A DNA stretch of 64,000 nucleotides from Dicyema japonicum (Eukaryota > Animalia > Dicyemida): contig RDEW01000029.1 in NCBI GenBank assembly GCA_011109175.1, positions 755,472 through 819,471 on the forward strand. Direction: 5' to 3'. Positions within the stretch are counted from its first letter, which is position 1. Each line of letters starts with the position of its first letter. This document shows positions 12,300 to 25,322 of this stretch, piece by piece. The position numbers and the translations under genes are program-made. Under the pieces are notes generated by a model. The model was not told the DNA's origin. It worked only from the letters and a program-made list of their open reading frames with translations, and ran no database searches.

Positions 12300-13050
12300 T
12301 ATAGAACCTGAGATTCTTGTAAGCAGGCATTTCAAACACGTGGTACGCACATAGGATTGTTATATAGTCGATGACATCGGACTCTTATCCTCCCGTCATT
12401 AAATGAGACCACCAGAGAAAAGCAGTGGATTTCTTTCAATGTGTCAAATTGACAGGTCTCGATTATGAGTATTCTACGTGATCAGATAACGTCATAGACT
12501 TAAACTTTACGGTCGCTTTTTTCAGATAGCAAAGTGACATGTATCTCTATTTGAAAGTTGAATCTTCCATAAATATAATTTTATAAGGAAAGACGATATA
12601 AATCCATATAATTGATAACAAAGGTTGTCTCTTCCTCGTAAATCAGTGTTTAAATTCGAGAACAGGATACTTCAATAAAAACCTGTTCCAAAATAAAATC
12701 CCATTCGCAGAGAGAAAATACAAATGAAGTGACATCCGTAAATTTAATTCCATACTTAACGATTGTCCATAATCCTCCTCCGAGACTTCTTGTCCGGTCA
12801 TTGCAAAGTACACAATATCCAGGAAAACAAGGGGTTGGGGAAGTTATAAAAAGCTTATCTTCTTGGATGAAGAAAGTGTGGAGTCGGGACCCAGATTAGG
12901 TTCTACATCACCAGCCAGAAGTAGCAAAGAGAAAATAGGGAAATTGGTAGGACACCCTTCTGAAGGTCGTAGAAGGGTAGGGAATGTGAAACGGTTCTCT
13001 TCAATGCGAAACTTGCACTGAGTGCTTCCAAAACAATAGAAGAACAACAG
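12300..13050 (-). mobile_element. APE-type LINE 5' fragment with 2A-like peptide
   Basis: FSLLLLAGDVEPNLGP at 12886-12930, followed by FPGY..DR..GGGLWTIVK and SDH endonuclease motifs. Confidence 0.8.
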
Positions 13051-13162
13051 AAATCCTGCAATATAATGATGACAAATAAAATTAATAAAATAAAAATATT
13101 AGTAAAATAGATTTTATTAGAGATTCAAAAAATATCACATTTGTTTTGTTGAGTTATCTAAA

Positions 13163-14265
13163 ATGCCTCCAAAAAAGCAACTTAACAAAAAAGAGGATCA
13201 AAAAAGAAAGGAGAAAATAATCGAAGTATACTAACTGGTCATTTCAAAGGACAAAACTTTCGGAATCAAAAACAAAAAGGGCAACAAACAACAGAAATAC
13301 ATAAAAAACGTGACCCAGCAAGTCAACCAAGTGAACAACGCAAAAGTAACTTTCGCACTCAAATTAGAAAAACGAGCAACAAAACACCAAGAAAACCAAA
13401 CTGGAACAACAGCAAGAACTCCGCCAGTACTTTAACCCCGTGGTAGACGTCCCCAAGATCCAGGAAGGTAGAGGACCTCCTCATCTTAGGGGCTGACCCT
13501 AAAATGATTGTGTGCCCCTTTTTTAAGCAAGGAGTCTGCACGAAGGGGAAAAAGTGCATGTATTCCCACGACCTGCAGGAAGGTCGTCACAAAAACATGT
13601 ATATCGACACACGTGCCTGTGATGAGGACTCTAACAGGACGGAAATTGTAGAAATACCTTTTATTTGCAGATCTGTAAGTACTTTCTCGAAGCTGTTGAA
13701 AACGACCTCTTTGGTTGGCGATGGGTCTGTCCAAATGGGGACACATGTCAGTATCGACACTGTCTCCCACAAGGTTGACTTGTCAGTCATCCCAGGCTAC
13801 ATTTTGAAGAAGGACAAGCATTTGGCTGAGAAGGAAAAGGAGATGACGATCGAGGAGTTCATCGAGAAAGGGGTAGGGATTTTGTATGATGAGTAAGAGA
13901 GCTAGTTTGGTCGGAGATCTGACTCCAGTGACCGCGGAGACATTTTCCGCTTGGAAAAAGAAGAGGTTAATGGACGAGATGGAGAAGAAAACTGCGGAAA
14001 GGAAAAAGATGAAGGCAAAACGGGGACTCGGCAATGAAGTAGTGTCTGTGATTTATTTAGATGACTGGGCGAGAGGTCTTGGAGGCAGAGGTGAGGGATG
14101 AACTCGAAATTGATGGTGGTGAGGACATCAATGTGCCTGAGAGTAAACCCGAGGAAGGTGACCTTGTTTATGAGGTTAGAGGTGGACTTTTTGGATGTGG
14201 ACGAGGACCTGTTTTTGAAGGAATGTGCGTTGGATGAGGAATTGGCTGATTTGAATATTGATTAG
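13163..14265 (+). CDS. ZC3H15: Zinc finger CCCH domain-containing protein 15 (DFRP1/Tma46)
   Basis: Eight GT-AG introns of 22-25 nt (13226-13249, 13346-13367, 13468-13489, 13648-13670, 13774-13795, 13873-13897, 14039-14060, 14158-14179) give one open frame: MPPKK..EKIIE|[75 protein letters not shown]. Confidence 0.95.
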
Positions 14266-14769
14266 TCATTGGGACCCATTTGAGGTTGACTGTTCATCTT
14301 TCTGAATGAAATAATTTAATTTTTAAATTTTTGTTGTAGGACAATATTGTATGTTTTGATTTACTTTACTATTATGTTGATTTTGTATGCCCATCGTTTT
14401 AATGTTTTTTAGTTTAACATGGTGGTGGGTACCTTTATGTCTTTGTTGCTTTGTTAGTTGTCAAAAGCCTCCTACCTTTTATGAGACTTTAATATGCACT
14501 TGAATTTATCTTATATCGTTTGAAAAATTTCCTTAACGATTGTTGTTCTTCCTGTCGGCAACCTCCTGGCGGGAAAAACAATATAAAACTGTAGATTCAA
14601 CATTTCTCCAATGCCTGAGACTACCTAATAGTTCGCTTTATAGCAAGTTAATATATAATCTCCGTTGATTTTTAAGCCATTTGCAAATGATGCTCACATT
14701 CTGAACAGTGTCTTACGGCGATCGTTTTTGTCACGTTTACCTAATGGCCTATATCAAAATTTTTGTCAA

Positions 14770-14960
14770 AGATGATGAATAACAAGTACTGACTAATAAA
14801 GAAAGCTGGAAATTGCTCAAGAAATTCACCAAACAAATCACTGTGGACATAATGCTTTGGATTTGTCGAAGGAGATTTTGCGGTATTAAAAGATGCATTA
14901 TTCGTTAAGTGGTATTGCAATGTTTTCCAGTTCGTAGTGCCACTGCAACAAAATAACGAC
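14770..14960 (+). mobile_element. Possible integrase zinc-binding (HHCC) remnant
   Basis: EIAQEIHQTNHCGHN, then a frameshifted RRRFCGIKR..VVLQC. No catalytic core recognised. Confidence 0.3.
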
Positions 14961-16199
14961 TTAGTCATATTTTCTGTTCCAATTTGAAAAAAATAAATAA
15001 TTTTGAAGAACAATTAACAAAGAATTTTTAGAATAAATGCCTTAAATGAACAAAAAAGATATTTAAATTTTATTAAAATTTAATTCCTAGCTATTTTTCT
15101 TTGCTTAATATAACTGCAAATTCCATTTTGACTACAGGTCTTATTTTTTCGATTCTTGTTAACTATTTTCTGAATCATAAAGAATTTTCATAAATGTTTC
15201 AGCTACGTGTATTCAATATTTAAAAATCCTCAACTTTTAGAAGATCGAAAATCATGTTCTTCTGATTGCTTTTCATTAATACCAATTTCAAGACTTTCGC
15301 CATTGGAGTTATTCAAACTCTGAAACTATTCTTGATCATCTCTTAAGATAAGTCTTCCTAAGCCATTTTTAAAAAGGATCTATTCTTTAAATTAAATTTC
15401 TTGTAAGAATTCTATACTGAAATATATTAAGTTTCTAATAATTCCGTCAAATAGATTAACTTGCGTTAACGAATATCCATGGGTTGAAGAAAACCTGTAC
15501 TATTTTAGGAAGAAGCAATATTTGTACCATGCTCGGTAGCCCACAATGTGGAGGGAGTTTGTCAATCAATATTTAAATTCGTTTTTTTCATTTTTGAGGT
15601 GTACATCAAAATTAAGCAGTGGGTTATGTGCAGCTTTAAAAGACGGTTTATATTTATCCAATCTTTCAAAATACTGCCCTTTTTCAGTAAAAGATTTTTT
15701 CTGGATATCGTCTTCAAAAAAGTTAGAGAATCTATATTTTCTTATTTACAATTTACACTGAATTTTTTCATTAAAATAATGCGAGTATAGGAGACATGTG
15801 TTAATAAAATTTTATTTTTCCCAATTTTTATTAAAAATTAAATTAATATTGGCCAATATGGAGAATAGGACTTTTCTTAGAAAAAAATATCAAAATGTGG
15901 CCAATTTAAAGATTGGCAAAATCGCTAGGGTAGACTGTATGTATCTGTAATTTTTAAATAATCTATTTTTGTGAGTCATACATTGCTTTCTGTGCAAAAA
16001 GCAAACATCCATAATCATGTCGAGGTTAGTCGTAATTCTCAACGCCATGATCAGCCACAAGGACTTCTCGAGACCCTGCACCTTAAAAAGTTAAAGTTAT
16101 GTTTTGGAGTTTGTCAGATGGCTTATATTAGTCCCACCTCGTGGCCAGAATATTTCCACAGTTTTCTCTTCTCTAATTGGTCCCACTTGTTAGTTGGTG

Positions 16200-16400
16200 T
16201 ACACGATCTAGGCTCTCATTCGTAGGCCATTAATCATGTCCTCCACCACATGCTTCATCAGTTTAAGATCATCCTCTTCCTCGCTCAGTCATCAAATAAT
16301 CTCTTGCTAACCGCCAACTTGATCGCTGTCTCCTTGTCTTCTCAGTCAACGATAGTATCTTCTTCGTTGAGAAGTACCATCCCTCACACCCAAATATTAA
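16200..16400 (-). mobile_element. LINE 3' fragment
   Basis: LIFGCEGWYFS is homologous to LICGSEGWFYS at about 42115. Confidence 0.6.
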
Positions 16401-16517
16401 GCTAGGCAGAATTATCCCCCAGAAGATAAACAGAAAGGTCGCCCTGTTGACTTGTAATTTGTGTATGCATAAAGGGCCTGGAGGGCTTTTTTCGTTCTTA
16501 TTTTAATGTCATTAAGG

Positions 16518-18000
16518 CAGAAGTTGTCAAACGGTGTCCCACGGCACATTAAGTGTGCCGCGAAACAATTTCTAGTGTGCCGCCAGCCAAATACAAATTT
16601 GTATAAATTTATATACATTTTTTGACCTAATTAATTTAAAAAGATAAACAAATTAAAATAATTACTAAAATTAAAATAATCATTTTTTTATTATATATTA
16701 AATGACATTTACATTGGATAACCATTATTTATTAATTTTTTAATAACGTGCTTATGGGTAATCAGTTCGTCGTTCTTATAAAGATTCTTATTTGTCATTT
16801 GGATTTATATGCAAAGATAAAAATAAACTACCTCAATGTTTAATTTCCATGGAAGTCTTGGCAAATAATGCTATGGTTCGTAGCAAACTAAAGAGATATT
16901 TCACTTCCAAGCATCCGACTATTCCGAAAAATTTTGAATTATTTTATCCATTTGAAAAAAACAACACTAGTATTTTAGTTTTTACTATGAATCATAGATC
17001 TAGTCAAATGATGTTCAGTGAAACTTTTTTAAACACAAAGGAATCATTGAAATGTTCATACCTGATCTCAGAATTGATAGCAAAACAACTAAAACCTCAC
17101 ACTATTGGCGAAAATTTGATAATCCCTGCTTGTCGTATTATTGCTCGGACTATGTTTGGTCATAAATATGAACAAAAAAATAATGAAGATACCTTTGTCA
17201 GATAACACTGTTTCTCGTCGGATTTGTGCTTTGTCGGTAAATATTGAAAATAATGTCTCATTTTACTATTAAAGAAACTCCGTTTTCATTACAACTTGAT
17301 GAATCCACGGATATTTCGAGAATGGCACATTTGTTGGCATATATACGATTTGTTTATCATGGTGAATCGATACAGGGACTGATTAATAAACATTTAATAA
17401 TTTTGGAAAACAAAATTGATGCTTATTTTCCAGACTTAGAAATTGAAAAATTCGATTGGGTTATTATTTTTAAATATTTTTAGATACGAAATCCTTTTCT
17501 TGTGTCAGAATCAAAACACTTATCTGTTAAAGAAAATGAAGAACTTATTGCACTGTTTAATGATCGATCCTTAAAATTAATGATGACGGAGTCAGACATT
17601 GGAGAATTCTGTATATATTCGAAACATATATCCCAGTTTATCATAACAAGCACTGACCATAATTTTACAGTTTTTAACGACCTATTTATGCGAAACAGGT
17701 TTTTCTACGATGCGTGAAAGTTTGAGAACATTCATATTATAAAATATAACAAACGTGAAAGTTTGAGAAACATTGATGCTGAAATGCGGGTAGCTTTGTC
17801 AATTATTCGACCTGATATTGATGATATATGCAAAAACAATAATAATTAAGATTTCATTTTTTATTAATAAAAATTTGGGCATTAAATTACCAATTTTAGT
17901 TTTACACGTCTTAAAAATTTATATTTTTATTTTTTAATGTGTGCCGTGGATTATTTTTTACGATTAGTGTGCCGCGAGAATTATTTTTTGAAAAGCTCTG
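16518..18000 (+). mobile_element. hAT (Buster/Charlie) DNA transposon, internally deleted
   Basis: Perfect 8-bp TSD cattaagg (16510-16517, 18001-18008) with central TA. Imperfect TIRs cagaagttgtcaaa / ttgaaaagctctg, gtgtgccg subterminal motifs, and transposase pieces PQC..KLKRYFTSKH, KPHTIGENLI and FSLQLDESTD. Confidence 0.92.
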
Positions 18001-18099
18001 CATTAAGGTATGTGCCTTTGTGGTCGATTGTACCTCATAAGTAAAGGAGTGACTGCACTCTCGTCACTCCCAGTATTTATAGTTGATCGTGATACAGTT

Positions 18100-18370
18100 T
18101 GAGCCGATTTTTCCTCAATGAGTAAGACTTTTCACAGAGTTCCAGGCCTCTCCGATCACACAACTCCTCGACACATATACTTTGATAACGTTGATTTACC
18201 CGACATATCCATGATTAAATAGATTTTGTAAAACAAATAGCAAGATCTACGGTCTCCCTTTAACATCCTCATGCTAATGAAGTCAAAACCCGGTTAATTA
18301 ACCTTGCATTCTTTAATTGCCATCATAATGTCCCACATCGTTATGTCTCTTTGGTAAGCCATCACAAAGT
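18100..18370 (-). mobile_element. LINE RT N-terminal fragment
   Basis: DITMWDIMMAIKECK..PGFDFI, compared with DITLAEVRTAIRECKNKAPGFDNI at 41040. Confidence 0.6.
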
Positions 18371-18559
18371 CATAACTAGGGGTGATAAAGTTAATAAAGT
18401 AAAATTTTAATATTTTATATAAAAATTAAACAAATTCTGTTTTTCATTATTTTTAAACGTTCGTAATTATAGTTTTGCAAAATTTAACAGTTAATTATTC
18501 AAAGTGAACCCCGCCGACATCATTGACGTTGCGTTGCCTTTTTTTAAGCGTTCTCCCTT

Positions 18560-19560
18560 TATGTTATTATAGGCACGTACGGGATGCCAAGATCATGACA
18601 AAGCATGCGCAACACGAAAAATTAACAATCTAATTAACATCGCCCATCTTTTTAGATCCGTTGCCATGTTCGGTAGCATATCTAGATCATCCCCATCTTT
18701 AAAGCACTTTCCAATCCTCCTGAGATCTTGATCTAGGATTACAGGCAGTGTTAACACGAACGATAAAATTCTCGTCCATTGCTATGTTGGCAAGGATCCC
18801 CATATCGTGCGGAGTATGTGTCCAAACAGCCTCCATCTTGAATCAGTAATATCACATGATATTGGTTTAGTTCCTGTTCTCTAGTATAAGATTTCGAACG
18901 ATGAAGAATTTAACTTTTCGAGTTCCTGCCTTGTACATGCCCATGTACAAGGCACAATATAATAGGATTGGCCTCACAAGGGCATTGTATAGTCTCATTC
19001 GAGTTTTAATGTCAAGCCCTTTGTGCAGAAGTCAGGTCTTCTTTATTTTGTTAAAAGCGACATTAGTTAGTGTCTTCCTTCGTTTTATATCTTCGGTGTC
19101 ACCGAGAAGGGATTTTTTTTGATCTACGCCAGTGCTCCTTGGTCCTTTCCTCACTTCTTTTTAGCTGCGTGATTTCGGTTTTGTTTGTGTTTACTTTTAA
19201 TGACCATTCAGCCGTTTTATCAGGCATTTTCTCCAAAAGTGCAATTAACTTTTCTTTGTTAGTCGAAATAAAGTCCACGTCATCCGCATATTGCTATTTA
19301 TGCTCATTCCTTCTTCGATATGAGACTTCAAGTCTCGTAGAGCTGCCTCCAGATAAATAATAAACAAAATCTGGTTAATGGATCTCCGTGATAGGCGTAC
19401 CAATTGTCGTTTTCAAATGTCCTCGATAAAGCTTTCCCAGTCCTGACCATCAAACTTGTGTCCGTAAGGAGTGTCCTGACCATCCCAATCGTTGAACCTC
19501 CAAGAAGTGCTCCAGTATTTGCAGCAGAAGTGCTCTAGTAATTCTTCGTCTAATTTTCCC
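18560..19560 (-). mobile_element. RTE-type LINE, 3' part
   Basis: YADDVDFIS, RLYNALVRPILLY and SRWRLFGHILR, plus a 3' UTR gcgc..gtgcc followed by taa repeats. Confidence 0.85.
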
Positions 19561-20199
19561 TGATCCGTGTTAATTATGAGTTTTTTGCTATTTTTGATAC
19601 GAATTATTGTGAGTTTACGGACTATTCAAAATAGTCGCAACTTCTTGTTGGTTAGAATTATTGTTTCCTTCTTAAAGTCAGTGTATTCCTTGGTAGTTTT
19701 CTGATTTTGGCGATAGCTTCATAAGACTTCATCTGACTAAGCAACATTAATTGTTAACGAATTTCCAAGAGAATTTCAATTGCATAATAACCATTAGTTA
19801 TTTTGTAAACTATGCTTCAACAGCGAAATGCTTGAAAAAGTACTTTGTTAACTTTCACAGGTTGTCAAAGAAACATAAAATTTCCATTGGTAAGGATTTT
19901 TTGATATAGATAGATCGTTTTACAACATTTAGCAACAAAAAAATTAAATGTTATGTTGAACGGGATAATTTTATGTTTTTTAATAATGGTAATCTTCACC
20001 AGAGTATTTTGTCAAGGAGATGATAGGAAGATCCATTTCAACTACTGTGTCGTGTCAGAAGTACTCTCCACCTCACGAATGAGATCTGTTTGACGAAAAT
20101 TGGCCATACTGAAAACTCCATCTTTTGGATTCAGTTTCCGTATATCTAATTAAATTCAGTTTCCATTTAATTAAAAACATTACCAGAACTATCACGGCT

Positions 20200-20480
20200 C
20201 GGATAAATTTTAAAAATTTCAAAGGCTCAAATGGATGACCGTTTAAGAACCGCCATGAACTATCTTTTAAAGCAATTTCAGGCGAAACGAATTCCTCCGA
20301 CTTTAAAAAGAGTATGACGAGTTTTTAACCAAGTTTAATATATAGGCTATATACACCAAGAATGCATGGATGACGATCGATATCTTCAGCAAATGGCTGC
20401 AAAAATTAATAATGAAATGTTCTTACAGAATCCAAAAATTGTAATTCTTTATAATGCTTGATGTCACATTTTTTGAAGCA
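20200..20480 (+). mobile_element. pogo/Tigger transposase remnant
   Basis: YTKNAWMTIDIFSKWLQKL..M..Q..KIVILYNA matches the DDE_1 AWMT..F..WL motif. Confidence 0.55.
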
Positions 20481-21299
20481 CTTTGAGTATATAATGATTT
20501 CAGACTTAACGTCTCCAAGAATTTACGGAAAATACAATACTGGGAGGAATTAGTGATTACTTTTGTACTTATAAATAAATGTCTATTTGAGCTATTTAAT
20601 TAAAAAAAATTAAAAAATAGTTATGAAAAAATGGATAAATTATTTTACTCTGTATTTGCCGCGTTTTCTATTGGGTCGGGGTTGAACTGTATGTTGTTTT
20701 TCCATTTTTTGCAATAGAAAAAAACTTATTAACAGATAATTATATCCCAGAAACTTCTTAATAGGGGTGAGCAACGGTCAATGCCAAAAGAGGCAAAGAA
20801 TTCAGCTTGCATATTAGTGTTAATTAATTACAATTGATTTTCTTGCATTAATTGAAGTTTTAATGACTTTCTCAATAATATCATGTATTTGTGCATTCAC
20901 GTATATATATCAATTTCGTAGATCAAACCAATTTTTTACAACTCTATAATAAATGAATGTAAAACTCAAAAATAGTTTCGGTCAAGTTACCTGTGGCATA
21001 AATTTTCTACACTTTTACATAAAAGGAAGTCGATATCCAATACCTCAAACAAATTTTCTGAACTTAGTGTTCAACTTACGCAAAAAAATAATATTCGATT
21101 AAGCATTAGTGACCTCATTGATCTTAGAGTCGGTAGATGGAATTCACCAGGATATTTTCTAATAACAGTCTTAACTTTTTCAATGACCTTCTTGATTGAA
21201 GGAGGCACATGTTAATATTTCATTAAAAAATTCGATAAAATAAAAAATAAAAATCAATAAAAAATTTGACTTTATTGACTATAAACGAGTTCCTGCAGA

Positions 21300-21620
21300 T
21301 ATGATCTGACATAGTTCTCGGTTTATTCACATAGGTGTGTGAGATGACATGAGGAAGACCCCAACCATATCTCCTCCATTGTGAGAGAATTGAATTGGGT
21401 TTTCTGATGTCAGAACCTCAATCCCAGTATGTTTTATAGCACCTGAGCTCACGTTCTTCGTGTTAAAATCTCCCATCAGGATCAACATCGAGCTTCTCTA
21501 GAAGAACTACTGACATAAATGTGCTTAAGGATTCATACTTCACCTTCAGCAAAACATCGACTTAATTTTTGAGTAGAATAGATTGACAGCCTCGGTCGCC
21601 GTAACATAAAAAGTTTGACA
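21300..21620 (-). mobile_element. APE endonuclease fragment of a LINE
   Basis: ILMGDFNTK and SDH motifs. Confidence 0.55.
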
Positions 21621-22759
21621 TGAAATAAACAAACTGATAACCAAAGCAGGGCAACGAAAACAGTTTAATGTTATTCAATAAATAAAGTTTTTTTAGAAAA
21701 TGTTAATTTCTTTCAAACAATTCCTAATTATTAGCATAGTAAGGAAATATCTCGAAAGCCGATAAAGAAATTAGCCCCACAAAGGAAAAATATGATCTCT
21801 TCATTAATAATTCACCTTAATAGCAATTTTCCTTTATTTAGAGAATAAAGTTAATTTATTATGTCTAAATAGCTAGTTGTTAATTTGGTAGCAGTATTAA
21901 GCGTGGTGGTGGTATCCACCAGATTTCGTGGCGGATGAAATCCCTTATCTTCCTTCAGTGAGCACTGAGAAGGCAACAAACCCCAGTGACATCAGAAACC
22001 TTAAATTCGTCCAATCCGTCTAAAATAGAAAGAACTTTAATATTTAACATGATGTATTTACTAAAGCAAGGTATAACACAACTAGGAAGGTCTAATTTTT
22101 TTATCGTAATTCCACAAAGTAATTATTATTTGAATATAAGCCCTGACACTAAAAATACGCATAGATGATTCTTGGATGGTTCCTTATTCTAGTAGTTATA
22201 AAAAATTAAAAAATTACAAATTTTAGTAAATTGAATAATTTTCGAAAATTACTTAAAACAAAAAATTGGCTTGGCTATACGTCATGATATCCGAACAATA
22301 ATAAATCACGAATATAACAGTATGGAACTCAAGAAACTCATAATAGAGAACTTGAAGGGTGAGTTAAGGAGGTATTAGATTCGGAAATTGTGAATCTTGA
22401 ATCTTCTAACAATCAACATAGTTATATAAAATTGAGTAATTTAGTTGAACAAATATCAACAAAGTTCAAGTTAAAAAACTCTTAAAGGAGGCTAGTTTAC
22501 CGAGCTCCCTCTATTCCATACATTATCGAAATATCTACAATCATACAGAAATTTTGAGCCGATGCCATGTCCAATGAGAAGAGCTGTTCAGGATTTTCGA
22601 CCCCGCCGGACTCGTCCTCACCTTTGTCGGTCTGGGATCACTTAGTTAGATGAGAACTTTTATTTCTTTCTCTTTGACTCAGTGATCCTGGGGGTAATAA
22701 TAATATTTAAAGTCCAATCAACGAAATATTCAAGACTCATTGTCCTGTTGACAATTCAC

Positions 22760-23570
22760 AGGGATATTACTGCTTATACAAAAACCCGGTAAAAGCGCAG
22801 ACCCACTTATGAACATGAGGTACAAAGTTCTATTAACGTGTCTGTGAAAAACTTTTTCTATTATAACTCTGAGTCGGATATCATGTTCTGTTGTTCGATA
22901 TTTATCAACAATTTAAAGTGGATTTAGTCAGGATGGCCTACCGTGGATCTCTGAAGCCATCGTGGGTCAAAAGCACCAAACTGATGTGCATTCTGGGAGT
23001 TGACTTTTCGAAGGCTTTCGACTCTATCTGCAGAAGTAAACTACTGCTTGTACGCAAGGACATTATTGATAACGACTGCCTAAGGATTATATGATTTGAA
23101 AAGTGGAGATTCATTAAAAAGCTCGGCTCGTAAACTGATTTTACTGTACAACTCAGGAACGTGGGGAACGTCGAAGGCAGGTTGTAGCAGACTTTACAGA
23201 TACCACAGAAATCAGCTGAGAAGAATTGTAGGCATCAAATGGTCTAAGCAATTAAACATCAGGACTCTTTACGAGTTATGCAAATGCAGGCAGATAGCGA
23301 AGGAGTCATCAAATCTCGCTGGCGAATTTGGACATATTCTCGGTGACACCAAATACTCTCATTGTGGGAAATTTCTTCAATCAAAATGTAAATTGAGGCT
23401 TTCGTGGACGACATTAACTAAGCTTTCTCTGTCTGGATCAAGATTATGCCCAAATTGGTTGAAATAAGAACATCGGAGACCTCCATGAACTACTGAAGTG
23501 TGTGAAGAGGAAGTTTGCATGAGAAAACTGGTAGAACGGATGGCAAGAGAGCGGCAATAGTGGAACCCTA
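22760..23570 (+). mobile_element. RTE-type LINE fragment, internally deleted
   Basis: LGVDFSKAFDSICR, LLYNSGTWG and HRNQLRRIVGIKW motifs. Confidence 0.8.
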
Positions 23571-24236
23571 AGTATTAAATTCAAATAAATGCTGTTTTTA
23601 TCAAACAAAACTGAACACATAATTATTTTTTAGTAAAATGGTTCCATTCTCCCTTCAAAGGGGATTTTGAGTAGGAAGTCTAGGTCCTCTGTTTCGTCTA
23701 GCTTTATTTTTGAATTTCTTAAATCTTCTTGGATTGTAACGAGTGGTATCTATCTCGGTCTTTTTCGAGTGCACTCGAACTATGTTTTTATTACATGTTG
23801 GCATGATTCCAATGTTTGTTTCCATCTCATTCAGCAATTTTTTAATTTAGGAAACCCTCTATTGAGTGATAAATTGGTATTGAAATATTAAGCTATAAGG
23901 ACCCACTATCCCCTGAGGATCCTCCCAAATCTTTGTTTAGCAGAAAATGATCCTTTTTTGGGCCAGCCTTCACTGGGCGCCATCTTAGACAAGTGGATCA
24001 CACGACGACACTCTATTAAGAAAGGGAAGAAAAGGAACAGACAAAACAAACATAAATCTTCAACCAATCAGCCACATACACCATGTGGCGTCACGCGACC
24101 TTCAAAAATTTTCGTAGTAGGGCCATTAAAAATTTGTTTATAATCTGGCGAAAACAAATATAAAAATAACCGCAAAACTCTTAGTTTTTTTTAAATATTT
24201 AAATATATTATAAGTAAATTAAAATAAATTGGCGAC

Positions 24237-25322
24237 ATGTATAACAACTGTGCTGGTTATGAACTGAAGCTCAATAATCTATACGAGAGATGTCTCATGT
24301 ATGATTTTCTTGCTTCTACGTTCAAGCAAGATTCAAATCAAGTGGAAAAAGCCATAAAGTAGTGTATTAATTTTTATCCATACTAGTGACTTTAATTTCG
24401 TCAGTTCTACTCCATTGATTGCTAAAGTAAGACCTCCTATATGCAACAAAACTCCCAAAAAATCGAACAACTAGTATTTTGTGTATATAAAATTAGTCCG
24501 AAAATGCCTTCAAGTAATGAATTCGCGGATTTTCTAGAATCTTTGAGCTCCACTTCCCGAGTTTTTAAGAGGTAAATCATATGCTTATTAATAGTTCGTC
24601 TAAGGCGGACAAGGAAGAAGCGGGAAAATTGGTCGAAATACTATTCAAAATTTTCAACGAAACCATTTTCGACAACAAATTGCCCTCAAATATGAGAGTT
24701 GAGTTTAATCCAAGACTGGTAAAAACTGGGGGAAGAACTTATTCCACATTCGGTGCTGACTTAAGCCACGAAAGCCGGATAGAATTATCTCCAAAAGTCT
24801 GTGATAGACCAGGTTAGTCCAGTATTTTACTGTAGAGAGAATTCGAGAACTTTGATCCACGAAATGTGTCATTCAGCTGTTTGGATTATAAATAAGACAC
24901 GTGGTGGCTATGGTTCTCTTCGGAAATGCTGGTAATGTTCGTTTTCAATTTTAGGGCTTGGAAGGTCCGGAAGACCATTCCAAGTTTTCCAGTGATTGGG
25001 AGATGCCACTCATACTCAGTTAAGCACAATTTTCTATACAAGTGTGAATCTTGTCAATTCATGTTGTTTCCTCATTTATTGCAGAATCGCCAGGCACTCC
25101 CGGTTGAAAGAAACTCAGTGTGAATGTGGCGGACTTTTGATGAGAGTTAATAATAAGGGAGAGTTAGTGGTTTCTCGTCCAGCGACTCCATTTGCAAAAT
25201 TTGTGGGTGGAAATTTTGGCAAGGTTAAGAGGGAGAATCCTAATTTAACTCATGGAGAAATTATGAACAGTCTGAGTAAGGCATTCTCTGAAAGTTTTAA
25301 TTTTTCAAAACAACAAAAATGA
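24237..25322 (+). CDS. GCNA: GCNA/ACRC-like SprT metalloprotease (SprT, zinc finger, HMG-like tail); apparent lesions
   Basis: Six introns of 22-28 nt (24359-24386, 24474-24496, 24572-24594, 24813-24835, 24932-24954, 25063-25084). Motifs FNETIFDNKLP..FNPRLVKTGG..RIELSPKVCD, TLIHEMCH, RCHSY..YKCESC and PFAKFV..HGEIMNSLS. One-base frameshift near 24848 unless the 24837 acceptor is used. Confidence 0.85.

Noticed and set aside
15050-15780. UAR-to-Gln genetic code, suggested by in-frame TAA/TAG in coding-like - strand sequence
   Set aside because: ZC3H15, ATP5F1D and GCNA use only CAR for Gln and contain no internal TAR, and ZC3H15 ends at TAG where homology ends. The region is more likely a decayed or mis-modelled gene.
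23907-24060. RFamide neuropeptide precursor (KK-GSFSAKQRF-GR after a hydrophobic stretch, - strand)
   Set aside because: No ATG or phase-compatible intron puts the hydrophobic stretch in frame, and a single short motif can arise by chance.
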